From contig MU058636.1 in the NCBI GenBank assembly GCA_013265495.1, positions 1,674,001 through 1,738,000 on the forward strand: 64,000 nucleotides of DNA. Direction: 5' to 3'. Shown piece by piece: positions 26,454 to 40,232 of this stretch (its first letter is position 1; each line of letters begins with the position of its first letter). This stretch comes from Vicugna vicugna (lineage: Eukaryota). Under the pieces are notes generated by a model. The model was not told the origin of the DNA, ran no database searches, and saw nothing but the letters and a program-made list of their open reading frames with translations. The position numbers were made by a program, and so were the translations under genes.

Positions 26454-27719
26454 AAGAAACAGCCTTTAGGTTGAAAAGAATGTTTTAATATATATATTTA
26501 TATTTTCACCTTTACACCAACAGTCATAAAATCTCATTGACTGTTTTTAATGGAGGAAGAGGCCACAGAGACAAGTGCCAGGTCCCCAGGAGAGTCATAA
26601 CACAGCCCTGCTCAGAGCTGACCTCCTCACGCTTTCTGCCACCAGCATCACTGTCAAGCTCAGGAGAGGGAGGGCATTATTATCTCTGGTGTCACAGAGG
26701 GACAGATGAGCAGAGAAGCTGAATAAACCCTGGGGTCAGGGGAGGCAGCCCGACTGATGTCAGGCAAGTCACCAGAGCGGTGTTTCCAGGGCTAGTGGGT
26801 TGGTTTGTCTATCACGTCCCGGGGTGGAGGTTGGAAGAAGACTTATGGTTTACCCCCCACCCCACTCCCCAAGCCAATAATCACCCCTCAGTTCCACGGT
26901 CACCCAGACCAGGGGCCTCCTTGCCAGGTACCATCAGTTTATAGGTGACGGGACAAGGGAGATGGCTCTTTGCCAACAGATCTGACCCAGGAGCAGATCA
27001 GAAATGTCTCCCACCATTCAAGACGCTGGCACAGATGAGGACTGCCCATCCAAGCCAGAGTCTCATCTGCTGGTCCCCAGAAGCCCACAGAGAGGGGCCC
27101 TGATGGAATCACATCCTCCGGTTTTCTTCAAGGAGTAACTGCGTTGATGGCACCAGCAGCCCTGCAGTGGCCTCGAGAATTCTTGGCCAGATGAAGGGAT
27201 TTTCATGCCAACAATAAACTCTGGCCTGGAAGAAGCCCACTGGAGCCCAAAAGTTTGGATTGCTTTCTCTCTCCTTTTCTTAACCCAAAGGATACTGCTC
27301 AAAGTTAAAATGGTGATGTTCAGTGTTGTATCAAAAGAGATGCTGAAACAAGGGCAGTGTGGCCATGCTGACGCAGTAACACCAACGGTCACGTAAGATG
27401 TTTAGGCAAGTACATCTTCAGTTACGTGAGCCTCACTTTAGGGACCCCTGGGCGATTGTATGTCAAGAGTCTGCCAGTTGAATAACATGTTAAATACACC
27501 AATGGACTAGCTTTTTACTCGAATTCAGAGATGATTCCTTTTGCAAGTTCAGGACATTCTAAAGTGCTCATAACCTTGCCTGTATTTATTTATCTTATAT
27601 TTGAAGTTTAGTGTAGCGAGTTTGTCTAAATTAAAACACAAGCTATTTGTGAGTTTCTTGAGTTTAATCCTGGACTCTAACCCATAACAGCAATATAATG
27701 TATTCGAATGGGGTTCATG

Positions 27720-28169
27720 GAGCCATAAAAAAGAATAAAATAATACCATCTGCAGCAACATGGATGGACCTGGAGATCATCATTCTAGGTGAAGCAAGCC
27801 AGAAAGAGAAAGAAAAATACCATGTGATATCACTCATATGTGGAATCTAAAAAAAACAAATTTTATTTACAAACCAGTAATAGACTCACAGACATAGAAA
27901 ACAAACTTTGGTAACCAGGGGGAAAAAAGGGGGAGAGATAGATTACGAGTTTGAGATTAACAAATACACACTACAATATATAAAATAGATAAACAACAAG
28001 GACCTACTGTATAGCACAGGGAACTATATTCAATTCCTTGTAATGAGCTGTAATGGAAAAGAATCTGAAAAAAAAGTATAACTGAATTGCTTAGCTGTAT
28101 ACCTGGAACTAACATTGTAAATTGAATACACTTCAAAAAACAAAAAAGAACTATTAAAAAAAAAAAAAG
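27720..28169 (+). mobile_element. Artiodactyl/camelid-type L1 3' end with poly(A)
   Basis: agccataaaaaagaataaaataataccatctgcagcaacatggatggacctggag...atagataaacaacaaggacctactgtatagcacagggaac...A-rich tail. Confidence 0.92.
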
Positions 28170-28649
28170 ACTACTGAATTTGGGAAAAGAACACCAGGAC
28201 TCAGTGACATTTTAGCCTGGAGTTGATCCCCACCCACCACCTTCTCGCATTCCCTCCACCTCAGCTCCAGTTTGGTAGTTCTCCCAGGGCAGGACGGACC
28301 CTGAAACTAGCAACTTCACCAGCAGAGTGAGCTGACTCGATTAGGTGTAGGAATGCAGAAAAACCCCAGGCCGTGGGCATCCTCAGAAATGATAGCAAAC
28401 CCGGTTCCAAACAAATGGGAAAGCTCAACATTACAGGCAGCCTGAGGCTGGAGCAACTAACATACTGTCGGACTGGCCCGAAATGCAACAGAGAGACCTC
28501 TGGAAGAAGATAGCCCTGCTGGCCTCAACAATCTCTCCCAGGTCCCTGGCAGTCCAGAAAGCTGCACACGTTTGCAAGGCTGTGCAGGTGAACACGGGAG
28601 ACCAGAGAGCCCCTATCTATCTTACATCCTTAGTTGAACATCAGGCCTT

Positions 28650-29500
28650 GCACACACACAGAGGAGATACACGGAGATCAGAGGAAAAGCAAAACCCAGG
28701 GAAGACTTGTAAATGACTTAAATTTTGAGTGTGTCCCTGTCCCCCAACCTCCATACTGATCTATCAGCAAAAGATGGAATTCTTACTGTCTTAAGGTATT
28801 TGAGCACAACCTCTGATCAATCATTGGTGGACCACTAAGTTATACTGACATAGAGATGACCCATAGGAAGCCAGAATCAAAAATAAAAACAGTAATTTAA
28901 GTAAAATTGACAAGACATCAGCAGGTGCACATGGCAAAGGAAACAGATTCTTTGAAATTGGAAGTCACTAAGCAAATGAACAAACAGACAGACAAAACCC
29001 AGCAACAGAAACAACCTCTGAAAAGGGCAAGAGGTGGAACTTAAATCTAGAGTTACTATATTATCTGAAATATCTAGTTTTTCAACAGAAAATTACAAGA
29101 TACGCAAATAACCAGGAAAATGAGACCCACACTTCAAGGTGGGGAATCAATAGAAACTGTCTTGGAGGAGTTTCTGATTTAAACTTCACAAAAATCTCAA
29201 AGTAGTTATTATAAATATGTTCAAACAACTAAGGGAAACCACGTCTAAAGAATTAAAGGAAAGTATAAAGACAATAAAGAAAGAGTAGCAATATAGAGCC
29301 AGAATTTATGAAAGAAAGAAAGAGAGGAAGGAAGGATTGAAAAGTGAAATAACTGAAACTGGAAAAGCCTCAACAAAAAATCTGAGATGGCAAAAGAGGG
29401 AATCAGTGAATTTGAAGATAAATCAATAGAAATTATCCAATCTGAAAAACAGAAAGAATGAAGAAAAATGAACAAAACTTCAGAGACCTTGGGGTGGGGC
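28650..29500 (+). mobile_element. Ancient L1 5'/ORF1 region remnant
   Basis: A-rich; gaatcagtgaatttgaagataaatcaatagaaattatccaatctgaaaaacagaaagaa...aacttcagagacctt is typical of old L1 ORF1 coiled-coil sequence. Confidence 0.7.
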
Positions 29501-30599
29501 AACTAAAACCCTGCCTGAGCTCTCTTTCAATGACACCGCCATCTCCTTTGGACAGTTGATGTCAAATATGAATTCTCTGAAACGTACAGTCTAAAGCACT
29601 CTCGGTAGTGGCTTTCCAACATGGAATCATCTCCCAGTTCTCCTCACTGTGCAACACTGAGCCAGCGAGTTCTGAATTTAACAACGGACTTAAGCACAAT
29701 AGGGACAAAGTAGTCTTCAGGTACCAGTTTCTTCTAGACAATGGCCACAGCCCTGACCATGTGGTTCCCTCCACAGGAGGCTGGCATGGCAGAGGGCTAG
29801 CATGGCCCTGCCAGCCCCAAAGCTGCATCTGTCTCCAGCCAAAGGCATTTGAGGATGTGATGGGTCATGTGGAGGCGAGGTGGAGACACCCAGGCTAGAG
29901 ATGGGAGGTCCTATACAGAGTTAACCCTAGGGCAACGGCAGCCTTCCATTTTCCCTTGGAAATCGCATGAGGCCTCCAGGTATGTCAGTTCCTAGAGATG
30001 GAGCCTTCCCAAGACATAAAATGACTGTTCAACAGGAGCTCCAAGGGTATCCATGCAACATTAAGGCAAGAAAATACATGTCTATCCTTTTAGCCACAAG
30101 AAAAGACGTGGACTTCCTTTCTTGCCCCCACTGTGAGGAAGCAAACACGGATGCCGGGAGCTGCCAGGCTTTGAGGACAAAAGGAGACAAGGGCATGTGC
30201 CTTCCCTGGACCCTCATGCCCATGCAAAGGCGTGGAAGGAGGGAGCTGACCCTGGGTGAGAGTGGGTTCCTGACCAGGAGAACTTCAAACAAGTCATCAA
30301 AGTTGGAAATTACCTTCTGGTTATAAGGACTAAGGATGTCTACTGTGGCCGCGTGGCCAGGGGCTGTAAGATGCTACACTCTCCCCCTAGTGGCTGTGTG
30401 TACGGACTCAGGTGGCCCACATGCCTGAGCTATGCAGTCCTACAAGTGATAATGTTAATACCATTTATCATCACTGAACATTTACCGAACATTTACTACA
30501 CATCACTCACTGCCTAAGAATCTCACAAGCATCATCTCATTTTATCAGTCAACAAATAATGATTGAGAGTCTGTTCATGCCAGACACCGGCACTGAATC

Positions 30600-30760
30600 C
30601 TCATGACAAACCAATCAGGTAGCGGTGACTACTCCCATTTCACAGATGGTGAAACCAAGGAGGCTCAGAGGTTAACTGATCTGCGCCATGTCCCACAGCC
30701 AGCGGGTGGCAGAGCTGGGATTCAGACAATGTCTACTAAGCCCGTGCTTGTGACCACTTA
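30600..30760 (-). mobile_element. MIR SINE
   Basis: cccatttcacagatggtgaaaccaaggaggctcagaggttaa...cacagccagcgggtggcagagctgggattc. Confidence 0.75.
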
Positions 30761-31619
30761 CCCTCTCAGGGCATCTCTGACTTAGTGATGAGGAAGACAA
30801 ATGACATGTGGTAGTTCATGGATTGGGGAAAGATTCTATAGGCCTGTCCCCAAAGCCAGCTGCCAGAGGGTGAGCCGAGGGCAGGGAGAAGATGGCAAAG
30901 GAGGTCCTGACCTCACTTGGGGTAGTTTTATTTGGCCCAGAAGATTCACATTGGTTCTCCCCACATCTGCCGAAAACACCCACTCTCCAAACTCTTTCTG
31001 CTGGTCTAGGTGCCTCCTGGCCCTTGTGGGTCTCAGGCTCAACCACATGCAGGGTCCACCTGTCCCAGCCCATGAACCAACCCAAACCAGTCCCCAATGG
31101 CATGTGGCATCTGGGGTATCTGGCATTGGCTTTGCTGCCCCCTGGGTAACTGGTGAGCCCCTGGCCAGATGGGAGGAACCAAGGCCCTGTCGTCTGCATC
31201 CTTCCTCTCTTGTCTCCATGCAGGGTATCTCCTCAAGAAAACAGTGTATCTGTCCTAACATTATTATTGAACTTATACAAGTAATTCCCTTTGCTTCCAT
31301 CCCAAGCTCACCAAATAACCTCCTGAGATTAGCACCGAAATTCTGACTCTGCGTAGCTCATCTACTATGAAACCAGGGGTTGATCTGGTCAACTGGACCA
31401 CTGCGTCTTCACGGGGATTCTGCCTCTGTGCCTCAGCCTGATGTGGGCTTTGGTGAGGTGAGTCAGATGTGTCAGCTGGGAGCCAGACACAGTGCTCTGG
31501 ATGCTGGAGCACCCCGGGGAGCCCCTGCCAGGGCCCAGCCCTCTCCCGACACTCACAACGACCTCAGGCTTCCTCATCGGGGTCTTGCAGTGTGCTGTGG
31601 ACAGCCCCTCGTGGAACTA

Positions 31620-31850
31620 ATAATAATAACAATGCCACACACTGGTCCAGAGGTCTGTTTACTAAGCCTTTTCACATCTTTTCCTGTGAGTTTCGCATCT
31701 CCCCTGTGCGGAAAAGCAGGTATTTTGAGCTTTGCTTTGCAGTTGAGAACTTGGGCCCAGAGAATGCAAATGACTTGCTCAAAGTCACACGGCTCCCATG
31801 TGCTGGAACCTGCCCCTGACCCAGACTTGAAGGACTGCAAGCTCCAGGCT
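31620..31850 (-). mobile_element. MIR SINE (degraded)
   Basis: ttgcagttgagaacttgggcccagagaatgcaaatgacttgctcaaagtcacacggct. Confidence 0.6.
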
Positions 31851-32414
31851 CCTCCTCACACAGAGCTGCTGCTCACATCAGACAGGCTTGCATTGGCACC
31901 CGAGGACCAAGAGGTCACCCCCCTGGCACAGATTGCAGATGTGGGTCCTTGAACTCACTGGAGAGAGAGGGGACTGGGCAGACGGGGGACCCAGGACAGC
32001 AGGCAGGACTGAGAGGCTCACATTCACACACCTCCACGCTCATCACTCACACGCCCACTTAAAAGCCAATCCCGGGCACTGAGCTAGAAGCTGAGGCCAC
32101 AAAGACAATTAAGACACCATCTGGGTCAACGCAGAGCCTCACATACGTGTGAGAAAAGCAGGAAGTCCCCGCACAGAACAGTGGAAGCCAAAGGAGGCCG
32201 TGGGGAGATTGTCAGAGGATCTGATTCCTGAGCTGAGGTTTGAGCTATGAGGAGTAGGGTGCTGGGAAGCAGTGGGGGGCACCCAGGGCAGAGGGGCGTT
32301 TGAGTGAGGCATGCAGCAGAAGCAGCCTGGACTGTGGGGAGATGCGGGGGGTTCTGTAGATACCAGGGTGAGGCCAGGGAAAAACTAAGGCCAGAGAGAT
32401 AAACGGGGTTTAGG

Positions 32415-32682
32415 TCAGTCTTGCCAATCAAAACACAATGTGAGTCACATTTGTAATTTTAAATTTTATAGTATTAAAAAAATAAAAAGAAATGGGTGAA
32501 ATTAATTTTAATAACATATATTTTTAAATCCTAAATATTTTAACATGTAAAGAATCACCAGTGAGGTATTTTATATTATTTATCTAAGGCTTCAAAATCT
32601 GGTGGGTGTTTTGCAGTCACTGTGCATTGGAAGTGTTCCCCAGCCGCATTGGGCTGGTGGTGTCCCCATGGGACAATGCACG
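32415..32682. mobile_element. MER33-like hAT-Charlie DNA transposon fossil
   Basis: aatgtgagtcacatttgtaattttaaatttt...aaaagaaatgggtgaaattaattttaataa...ctaaggcttcaaaatctggtg; an abrupt AT-rich insert in GC-rich surroundings. Confidence 0.8.
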
Positions 32683-33489
32683 TCTATACTAAGAGCCTGT
32701 CTGGTGGGCAAGGGACCGGATGTTATCCTGAGTGCCAAGAGGGGGTCATTGAAGGATTTCAAAGAAGGGAGTGTCCTGGTCAGTTTTGTGTTCTAGAAAG
32801 ACCTCTGGCTGGAGTGGGAAGAGAAACCAACTGGGGCAGAACCGCCTTCCAAGCAGAAAAGAATGCCCCAAAACAGCTGTGTGTGCACATGTGTGAAGTG
32901 TGAGTGTGTGAGAAAGACAGGGAGGGGTGTGTGCTCATCTTTCTTCGGAAATGCACTTCACAGCAGGCTTAGAAAGCAAAGTTTCTCGTGAGAAATGTGG
33001 ATGGTTTAATTACAGCATGTGACTTTTGGTTTTCAATGCAGACCACGCTCCAGGACTATGGTAGCCGGCCCCCGTTCGCCCCACTCCCCAGGCCAGGCAG
33101 AGCCCTCTCTCTGGTCTCAGCATTTTCACGCCGGTGTTACTGTTCTGCAGAAGAGAAGCCCCAAGGCTGGTGGCAGGCCTGTAGTGCCACAAGCCCCGTG
33201 CTGCCCAATTTGAGGCCAGTCCAGAGCACAGAAGGACTTGGCTCTGCCACCCCCCCGCACCTGTAGGGCAGCCTACTGAGGGGGTCGGGGCTCAGCCTCC
33301 GCGGCTGCTGGGGAGGGGCTCTGAGCCCGGGAGCCAGTGTGAGCAGGCAGGGGACTGACAGTACACTCCCACCTTCCCCTAGAGCAGGAGGAAGACCCCA
33401 GAACCTCAGCACAGGTAGAGCTGTGTTTTCCCAGCCATTTATGCAAGACCCTGGACAGTGCCTCTGAGCCTTTATTTCCTTCTCTCCAA

Positions 33490-34490
33490 AACGGAAATGA
33501 CGGCGTACTTGACGGGCTGTTTGGAGGCGCACATGGCACGCTGCGGGACAGCAGCCTGGAACCAAGCGCTGCCAACGGCTGGCACCTGTGAGCACGTGGC
33601 CCCTCCCCACCACCTCGGGGCCGTCCAGGTCTCATTCCGTCACAGGCCCCCAGGCCACATCCACCGGGTCCACTTGCCAGTAACCTGGTGCCACTTCCCC
33701 TTTTAGTGACAGCAAGGTAGCTGAGAAGGCGCAAAGCGACCACGCGCTGCACCCGTGCTCTGCCGGCAGGCGCTCCCTCCTCCAGGCGCTCCCCTCCTCC
33801 CCTCTCTTCTCTCCCTTTCCCAGTGTGCCCGCTCTCTGCCCTTTCTCCTCATTCCCAGGCCCCGACCCCGGACCCTGCCCCTCTGTCTCCTCCCCAGGTG
33901 GGCAGCACTACAGCCGCCCTCCCCTGCCCCGCCCCGGCTGCCTGGAAGGCTCTTCACTGAGACTGCAAATCTCAGAGAAAACCCCTCAGGGCCGGTCGGC
34001 CCAGTGAGGACCCCCAGGGGGTGGCGCTGTCTTGTCTGGGTGGGGCCGGGGGATTTAGAAGGCGTCGGAGAGGCTGCAGGTCCGACCGAGGGAGAAAGGG
34101 ATTGGGAGCGGTCAACCCAGCGGGCCCATCGCTTGCGTATCTCTGGGCGTCTGCGTGTTGGGGACGATGGGAAGCTGCCTGGCTGCGGGTGTGGCCTCTC
34201 CCTTTGTTCTCGTCGGGGGTTGGGTGGAATCAGCGATCATTACTGCGCTTGTTGGAAGCATTGTTATAGTTGGGTCTTCGGGCCACACGGGCGCCCCAGC
34301 CACTCAAGGTAATTGAGAGACCAAGGAAGCCCTTCCTGAATACAAAATCCTGTCCTTCCGAAGTCTTGGACATGATGTGTTCACAGGAGTGCCTGAGCCC
34401 TTCGCAGAGCTGTGTCCTTGCTTCGTCCTCCGCAGGAGCGAATGCGTCTGCGGTCCGGCCTCCCACGCATCCCTTGGGAGAAGCGCTGGC
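33490..34490. promoter_or_regulatory. Orphan CpG-rich island ~16 kb upstream of GSX1
   Basis: Local CpG enrichment, a C/T-rich tract at 33775-33900 and a GC box (gccccgcccc ~33926). Confidence 0.5.
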
Positions 34491-36065
34491 TCTTCAGGGC
34501 TCCTGGAGCTGAGGACACCTGCCCCCATGCCACCCCATGTATGACTACAGCCTTGGACATCGGACTTAGGTGACATAGCCAAGGTGACTTTTTAACTACC
34601 CTCCTCCCCCAAGAGTAGCTTCATGCCTTCAACTTCAAGTACGCTCTTTCGAGGGGCTCAGCTGAAGCTGGGGCCATAGGGGAGGACGCATTCAGGGTTG
34701 TATTTCCAGCTGCCCAAGATGAGTTCCCAGCTGTCTTGGAGGAAGTCCCACAAAAGGGAAGCAGTTTTATATCCCACTTCCTTTCAGGAGCCTTAGCAAA
34801 CCCCCCCGTGGCCTGATTCCTCTAACTGCCTGGCCCCTGCCAGGCCATCGTGCTCAGACGGGGAGGCATGAGCTCACCCAGCAGGTTGTGTCCACAGCAG
34901 CTCCCAGCTCTGCCTGTCACTGAAACAGCACAGGGTTTTACAGCGAGCTGTGAAGTGACTGTTGGGAAACCTCAGACCCAGCAGGCGCAGCAGGCCTGTC
35001 GCATTCATGGCAGTTCAGACCTTCAAACTGGAGCTCCATCCATCACTGCCTCCCGCCCTGTGAGAGTCCCCGCTCTGAGCTCCAGGTCGGGCATTTCCCC
35101 GAGTCACATGGCCAGCAATCAGCAGGTCCCTTTGTCCCCCGGCCTTTGCAAGAAATGGGCCTCATTCTCACATTTGTTCCCAAACAGGAGTCTAGACTAG
35201 GGGGAAAAACTCCAAATCTCTGTTGATTGTGCCTAATGGAGAGAGGTGAATTTGTGGTCTCTGCCCTTAGCTGTTCCTAAAGAAGACAGGAATGGTTTAT
35301 TTGCATACTTGTGATGAGTGGCAGGGAAAAAAACTTGAGGTTTTTTTTCTCTTTTAAAGAAATATGACTCTTGGACCTTTGGAAACAAATGACCTCAAAG
35401 GCCGTTGGAATGAGAGAGACTAATTAGTGCTCACTTACGTATTTAGTTCACAATCAGAAAGGTCAGCCTGAGAAACTGTAAGAAAGGGGAAAATTATCTC
35501 AAGGTGGAGAAGAAGACTCTGCTCTGAAAAGCCCTTGAGAATCAGATGACAGATGAAAAATGGCAAATCACCCTTCTGAGATGTTCTTTAAAAATGCAGA
35601 CTCACCATTCTGAAAGATTTTGTCCTAAACAGCATGTTAGGTGTTTAGGTATTCCTTAGCTCAGAAGCTGATTAACTAAGTACCAGCTAGCTACCATGAA
35701 TGGAAGATCTGCACGGACGCCCGGTTTTTGATGAGTTGGAAAGAAAATGACCTGGCGTGCAAGAGCCCCGAGTTAGCCAGGCCTTGGGACAGTGAAGGCT
35801 GGAGGGCAGAGCGGAGCCTGAGGGGGGCACGGTGCAGGCAGAGGAGGAGGCCTTCTGTGGAAGCCGGCTCCAGGGCTTCCCAGAAACCTGGGGAGGGCAT
35901 TGGACTTCCCATGGTTCCTGGGATGGGGTGGGATGGTAGTCAAACTATTTCAATCAAGCATTCAAGGAAAAGGTGAGCCTAGCGGTTACAGGGCTTCAAG
36001 ACCCTCAGGTGGCAAATCCTGCGTTAGCCGAGCTTAAAAACACGCCTTTCAATTCTCAGCATCCC

Positions 36066-36420
36066 TGCTATGGACTGAATGTCTGTCTCCGCAACATTCA
36101 CAGACTGAAACCCTAACCTCTAATGGGACGGCAGAGGAGGTGGGGCCTCTGGGCGGTCACGGGGTCAGGAGAGTGGAGGCCTCGCAGTGGGGTCAGAGCC
36201 CTCTGAGAAGAGGCCCGAGAGGGCTTTCCCCCCGCTCCATGCTGTGGCAGGACACAGTGAGAAGACGCTGTCTGCAAAGCAGGAAGAGGGCCCTCACCCA
36301 GAACCCAGCCCTGCTGGCACCCTGGCCTTGGACTTCCGGCCTCCAGAACTGTGCAAGAATAAATTTGTGTTGTTTAAGCCCCCAGTCTATGGTGCCCACT
36401 GTAGCAGCCCAGATGGACTG
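36066..36420 (+). mobile_element. MaLR solo LTR (MLT1A-like)
   Basis: tgctatggactgaatg...gaggtggggcct...ggacacagtgagaag...ctgctggcaccctggccttggacttccggcctccagaactgtg...aataaatttgtgttgtttaagcc. Confidence 0.85.
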
Positions 36421-39349
36421 GGGCATCCCTGACCACAGTTTCCGTCCCAGAGGTGCCCTCCTCATTCTCTTGTGTGAGTTGGTCCTCATGGTGGACACCA
36501 CTGGTTGGCTGACCAGAGCCCCAAGCCGCATTCCCTGGTGCCCTTCCAGTATGGGTGGCATGTTGCAGAAACCTAGGGCGCAGCCCAGGAAGCCTTGGTT
36601 CCTGATGAAAAGCCAGTGGCCCGCTCTTTGCCCATCCCTGCCTGGACCGCAGGGAGGTCTGGAGTGCGGCAGCCTTCTGCCCACTATGAGAGGGAAGGCG
36701 TGAAGACAAGGACAGCAGACCACGGGTGCCAGAGACGGAAGGTAAGGGAAGCCCGAGCCCCCGGGAGTGTTCTGCAGAGCCGCCCCACACGTGGTTTTTA
36801 TGAAAAAAATTATCTCCTATGTGTTTAAACCATCGTTGGTCAGATTTTCTGTAATTTGCAGCTGGGAGAATTCCAAATGGATACAGTGCCACCCTCCAGA
36901 GCTCAAGAGAACATTCCTTAAGTTATCAAATTCCTTTGACTCTTTCGGGCCTGGAGGACCAAGGGAGGGCTGTCTTGCTCACTGCAGTCTGTTCAGGCCT
37001 TGTGGGGACATGGTGGGAATGGCAGGGGCCGTGAATTCTCCTTCCGTGCCCTGCACCGCATTCTCAGAAAGAGTCTTAGGACCTCTAAGAGTGCCTCCTC
37101 TATTTTACTAGAAGACTTGTGGTGTCTTTCTCTGGGGATGGTAATGTTCAGATCAACTACAATTGCCCTGTCATAGAGCCCCCAAGACAAACTTTCCTTG
37201 CCTTAGAGAGTCTGGAGACTGATGAAGACATACTCTGTTTCCCAAGGAAATCTGTACCTGGGAGTACCTTTTGGTACCCACTGCCACCATCAGTGTGGGT
37301 GGCAGTTGCACAATAACCACACAACAAGACTCGCTCCCCTCTTGCCTGGGCCAGGACACACACTGCCCTGGAGTATGCCTGAGCAGACATGGAGAAATTG
37401 CAGATGGAAGGCCAGGAGCCTGCCCAAGGGACCAGTGGGGCCAGTGTTGGATGATTCAGTCTAACAATCCAAGCCCTGCCTTGTTATCTGGGGAACGTGG
37501 ACGGGGCCCTGAATTAATGGTCCCCTGGGGACCACGTTAGTCAGTCTTCCGTGGCCACATTTGCACCTCCTCCATTGGAAAATTCAGATCTAGTACAACT
37601 CTTAGTTACGTCCAGTCTATTCTTTGAGATCTTTTTCCCAACAGATAATTTTTAAACTGTTTCAAACCAAGGAGAAAAAGGCTAGTATTTGGTTAGTAGA
37701 CTCTAACGTTATTTACAGAATCTCAAGCAGAGAGATTTTGTATCTGTCTGTCTCACTTTATACTTAAAAAAGTAGCCCCCCCAACCCCTACCACCTTGCA
37801 AACCTTCATTAAACTCCAGGACACTTCAATCTATGCATTGATGACTAGGATGAATACATTTTCTGCCACATCGATGTAGTTAAATCTCTAGCCCTTATTT
37901 TTAACCCAGAACCATTTCCAAATCAATTTCTATGGAGAGAGAATACCTGGACATTTAAATCCATCAAAAAGGAGTAAATGAGCATTTCAGATACACCTAT
38001 CAAGAAGAAATGCCCCTTCTCCCCATCATCGTGGGGCTTTGTCAGTCGCCTGTCAGATGAATGTCCGCCTAAGTGTTTATTAATCACCCTCGCGCACCTT
38101 GATGGGCCTGAACGCGTTGCGCCTCTCCGTCTCTGACACACACAAAGTATGCGGTGGGTTTCTTCTCTCTGTCTCTTGAGCACAGTTGCTACTTTGTTAA
38201 AGTTAATTTCCACTCATTTCTGGCTTTGACGGGAAGATTCCTTTATCAATTCAATTCATGTGTGTTGTCTGCAATCAAAGCGATATTGTCTGCTAATGTG
38301 AGCTGCGGCCCGGGCTCTCTCTCCATTTCAGGCTAACGCCTTTCTTCTGCTGGTCCCGCACGGGGGACTTTGGGGAAGACACTCTCCCAGGCCTTGAGAG
38401 CCAGGCTGCCGGGAGCCGTGAGCTGGCAGCCATGTTCTCCTCCGGTGTCCCTGGCTGAGAGGAAGCGTGAGCTACTCTCTTCCCCGGGAATTTTCTGAGT
38501 TGAGAAACAAGTCAGTGGGAAAACGAAGGGAGTGGGAGATGTGAAGTGGCAATTTGGCATTTCTACCACTCTCTGTAGGATCGAGTCTTATTCTCAAATT
38601 CAACACTCTCTGCACACGAGACCCTTCCACAAGCTCTCCCTCTGCCTCTTCCACACCATCCCTCCATCCCCACAACGTTCACTCCTGTGCCTCTTCTCAC
38701 ACGGCCCTTCCCAGCTGCTCTCTCTTCCCATCTCACCCATTCACTTGCAGCTCATTAATCTAAGTCCTACCCTTCCTGAAGGACGAAGTCACGTGTCTCC
38801 ATCTCAGAGATACACTTCCTCCCTGCCCCAGAGTGGCAAGAACTTTTCTCTGAATATTTCTGGAAAGAAAACTCCACAAGGCTGCCCTGGTGCACCCCAC
38901 CTTATGCTACCGTGGGATAGCACCCTGAGATTCAAATGGAGTCAGGTGTCGAGCCAGGCAGACCCAGGTCAGAATCTGACTCAAAAAGTCAGAGCTATAT
39001 GGTCCTGGGCGGTCACTGAATCCCTGTGGAGGTCTCTCTGTAAGGAAAAGAAAGGAAATAATATCTATCTTGTAGGGCTGTTGTTGGCATTCACAGTCAT
39101 TTCTGGAACCCACTGATCGCAGTTCCCAGATGATGTGGGAGTCCAGTAAGTGGCAGATTGTTGTAAGTCCCAACTGGATGACAGGCCCCCAGAGGAAAGT
39201 GTGGTACGTGTAATACTTTCTACACTACAGAGTATGGACGTTACGCCCAAGTGTCTCGGACTGCGTCACAGCTGAGGTTCGGGCTACACATAAGATGTCG
39301 ACAATTAAATGTACTTCAGTATTTGGAAGACAGAGGTGAGAGGAGACAG

Positions 39350-39790
39350 GTCAAGAATTGTGAAGGGTCTGAGGTTTTGCTCTACAAGCAAGTGGGCACA
39401 TTAGTCGGCCATAGTGTGATAAACGCTGGTAGGAGAGGAGTGACTCCTGGGTCAGAGACGAAGGACTTCATTACTCACAGCAACAGCAGTACCCGGAATC
39501 TCAGCGTTTCCTGTGCTGGTTCCTCAACCCCAGTTCCCACAGGGCAGTGTGAGGAGGGTCAGGTGACACCTGCCCACACAGGGGGTGACATTCAAGGAGA
39601 GGAACCCTGAGCCTAGAGGACCTGAATCTTTTATAACGGACCGCAGCATGCCGAGCCTGTGCTCTGCATCTGTGTGTCCAAGGCTATTGGCTGGGCAAGC
39701 ATCCTTGGAAAGACAGTCTAGAACAAAGCAGTCAGTGCATCTGCGAGACATGCAGACACAGAGACTCAAGGGAAATAGCCTCCCAGCAAG
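39350..39790 (-). mobile_element. ERVL LTR, MER54-like
   Basis: gtcaagaattgtgaagggtctgag...gactcctgggtcagagacgaaggacttcattactcacagca...ggagaggaaccctgagc...gaacaaagcagtcagtgc matches the reverse of MER54 as I recall it. Confidence 0.75.
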
Positions 39791-40232
39791 TCCGTCTTCC
39801 CGCTGCCAGCGTTGCTTCTGGCAGAGATGGTTGTGGAGATCTGGGGTTTCCTACAGCAGCACCCCTTGTCCAGTCACTAGCTTCACAGTGTCAAAAAGGA
39901 AACTATAAAACCAGCAAATCCCAAACCCCAGGACACAGCTCTGACTGTGAGATTTTGAGCTCAGCTGTGCCTGTGGGAGCCTCCTGACTTTCCTCTGCCT
40001 TGATTGTGGCAGACGAGTTAGATGTTACCGAACTTCTCAAAGGCTCAGCCTTGAGTCTGCTTCTCATTCCTTCCAAGAGTTCTGTAAACACCACAATTTC
40101 CTGTATTAAATCCTTCTTCTACTGCTTTGAACAGCTGGAACGGTTTCCTGCACTGACTAATCTAAGCAGGGACTAAACATCGTTGTCCCCAAAGCTCCAG
40201 TGCCTCCCACTGGAGACTCCTGATGTTGCTAA

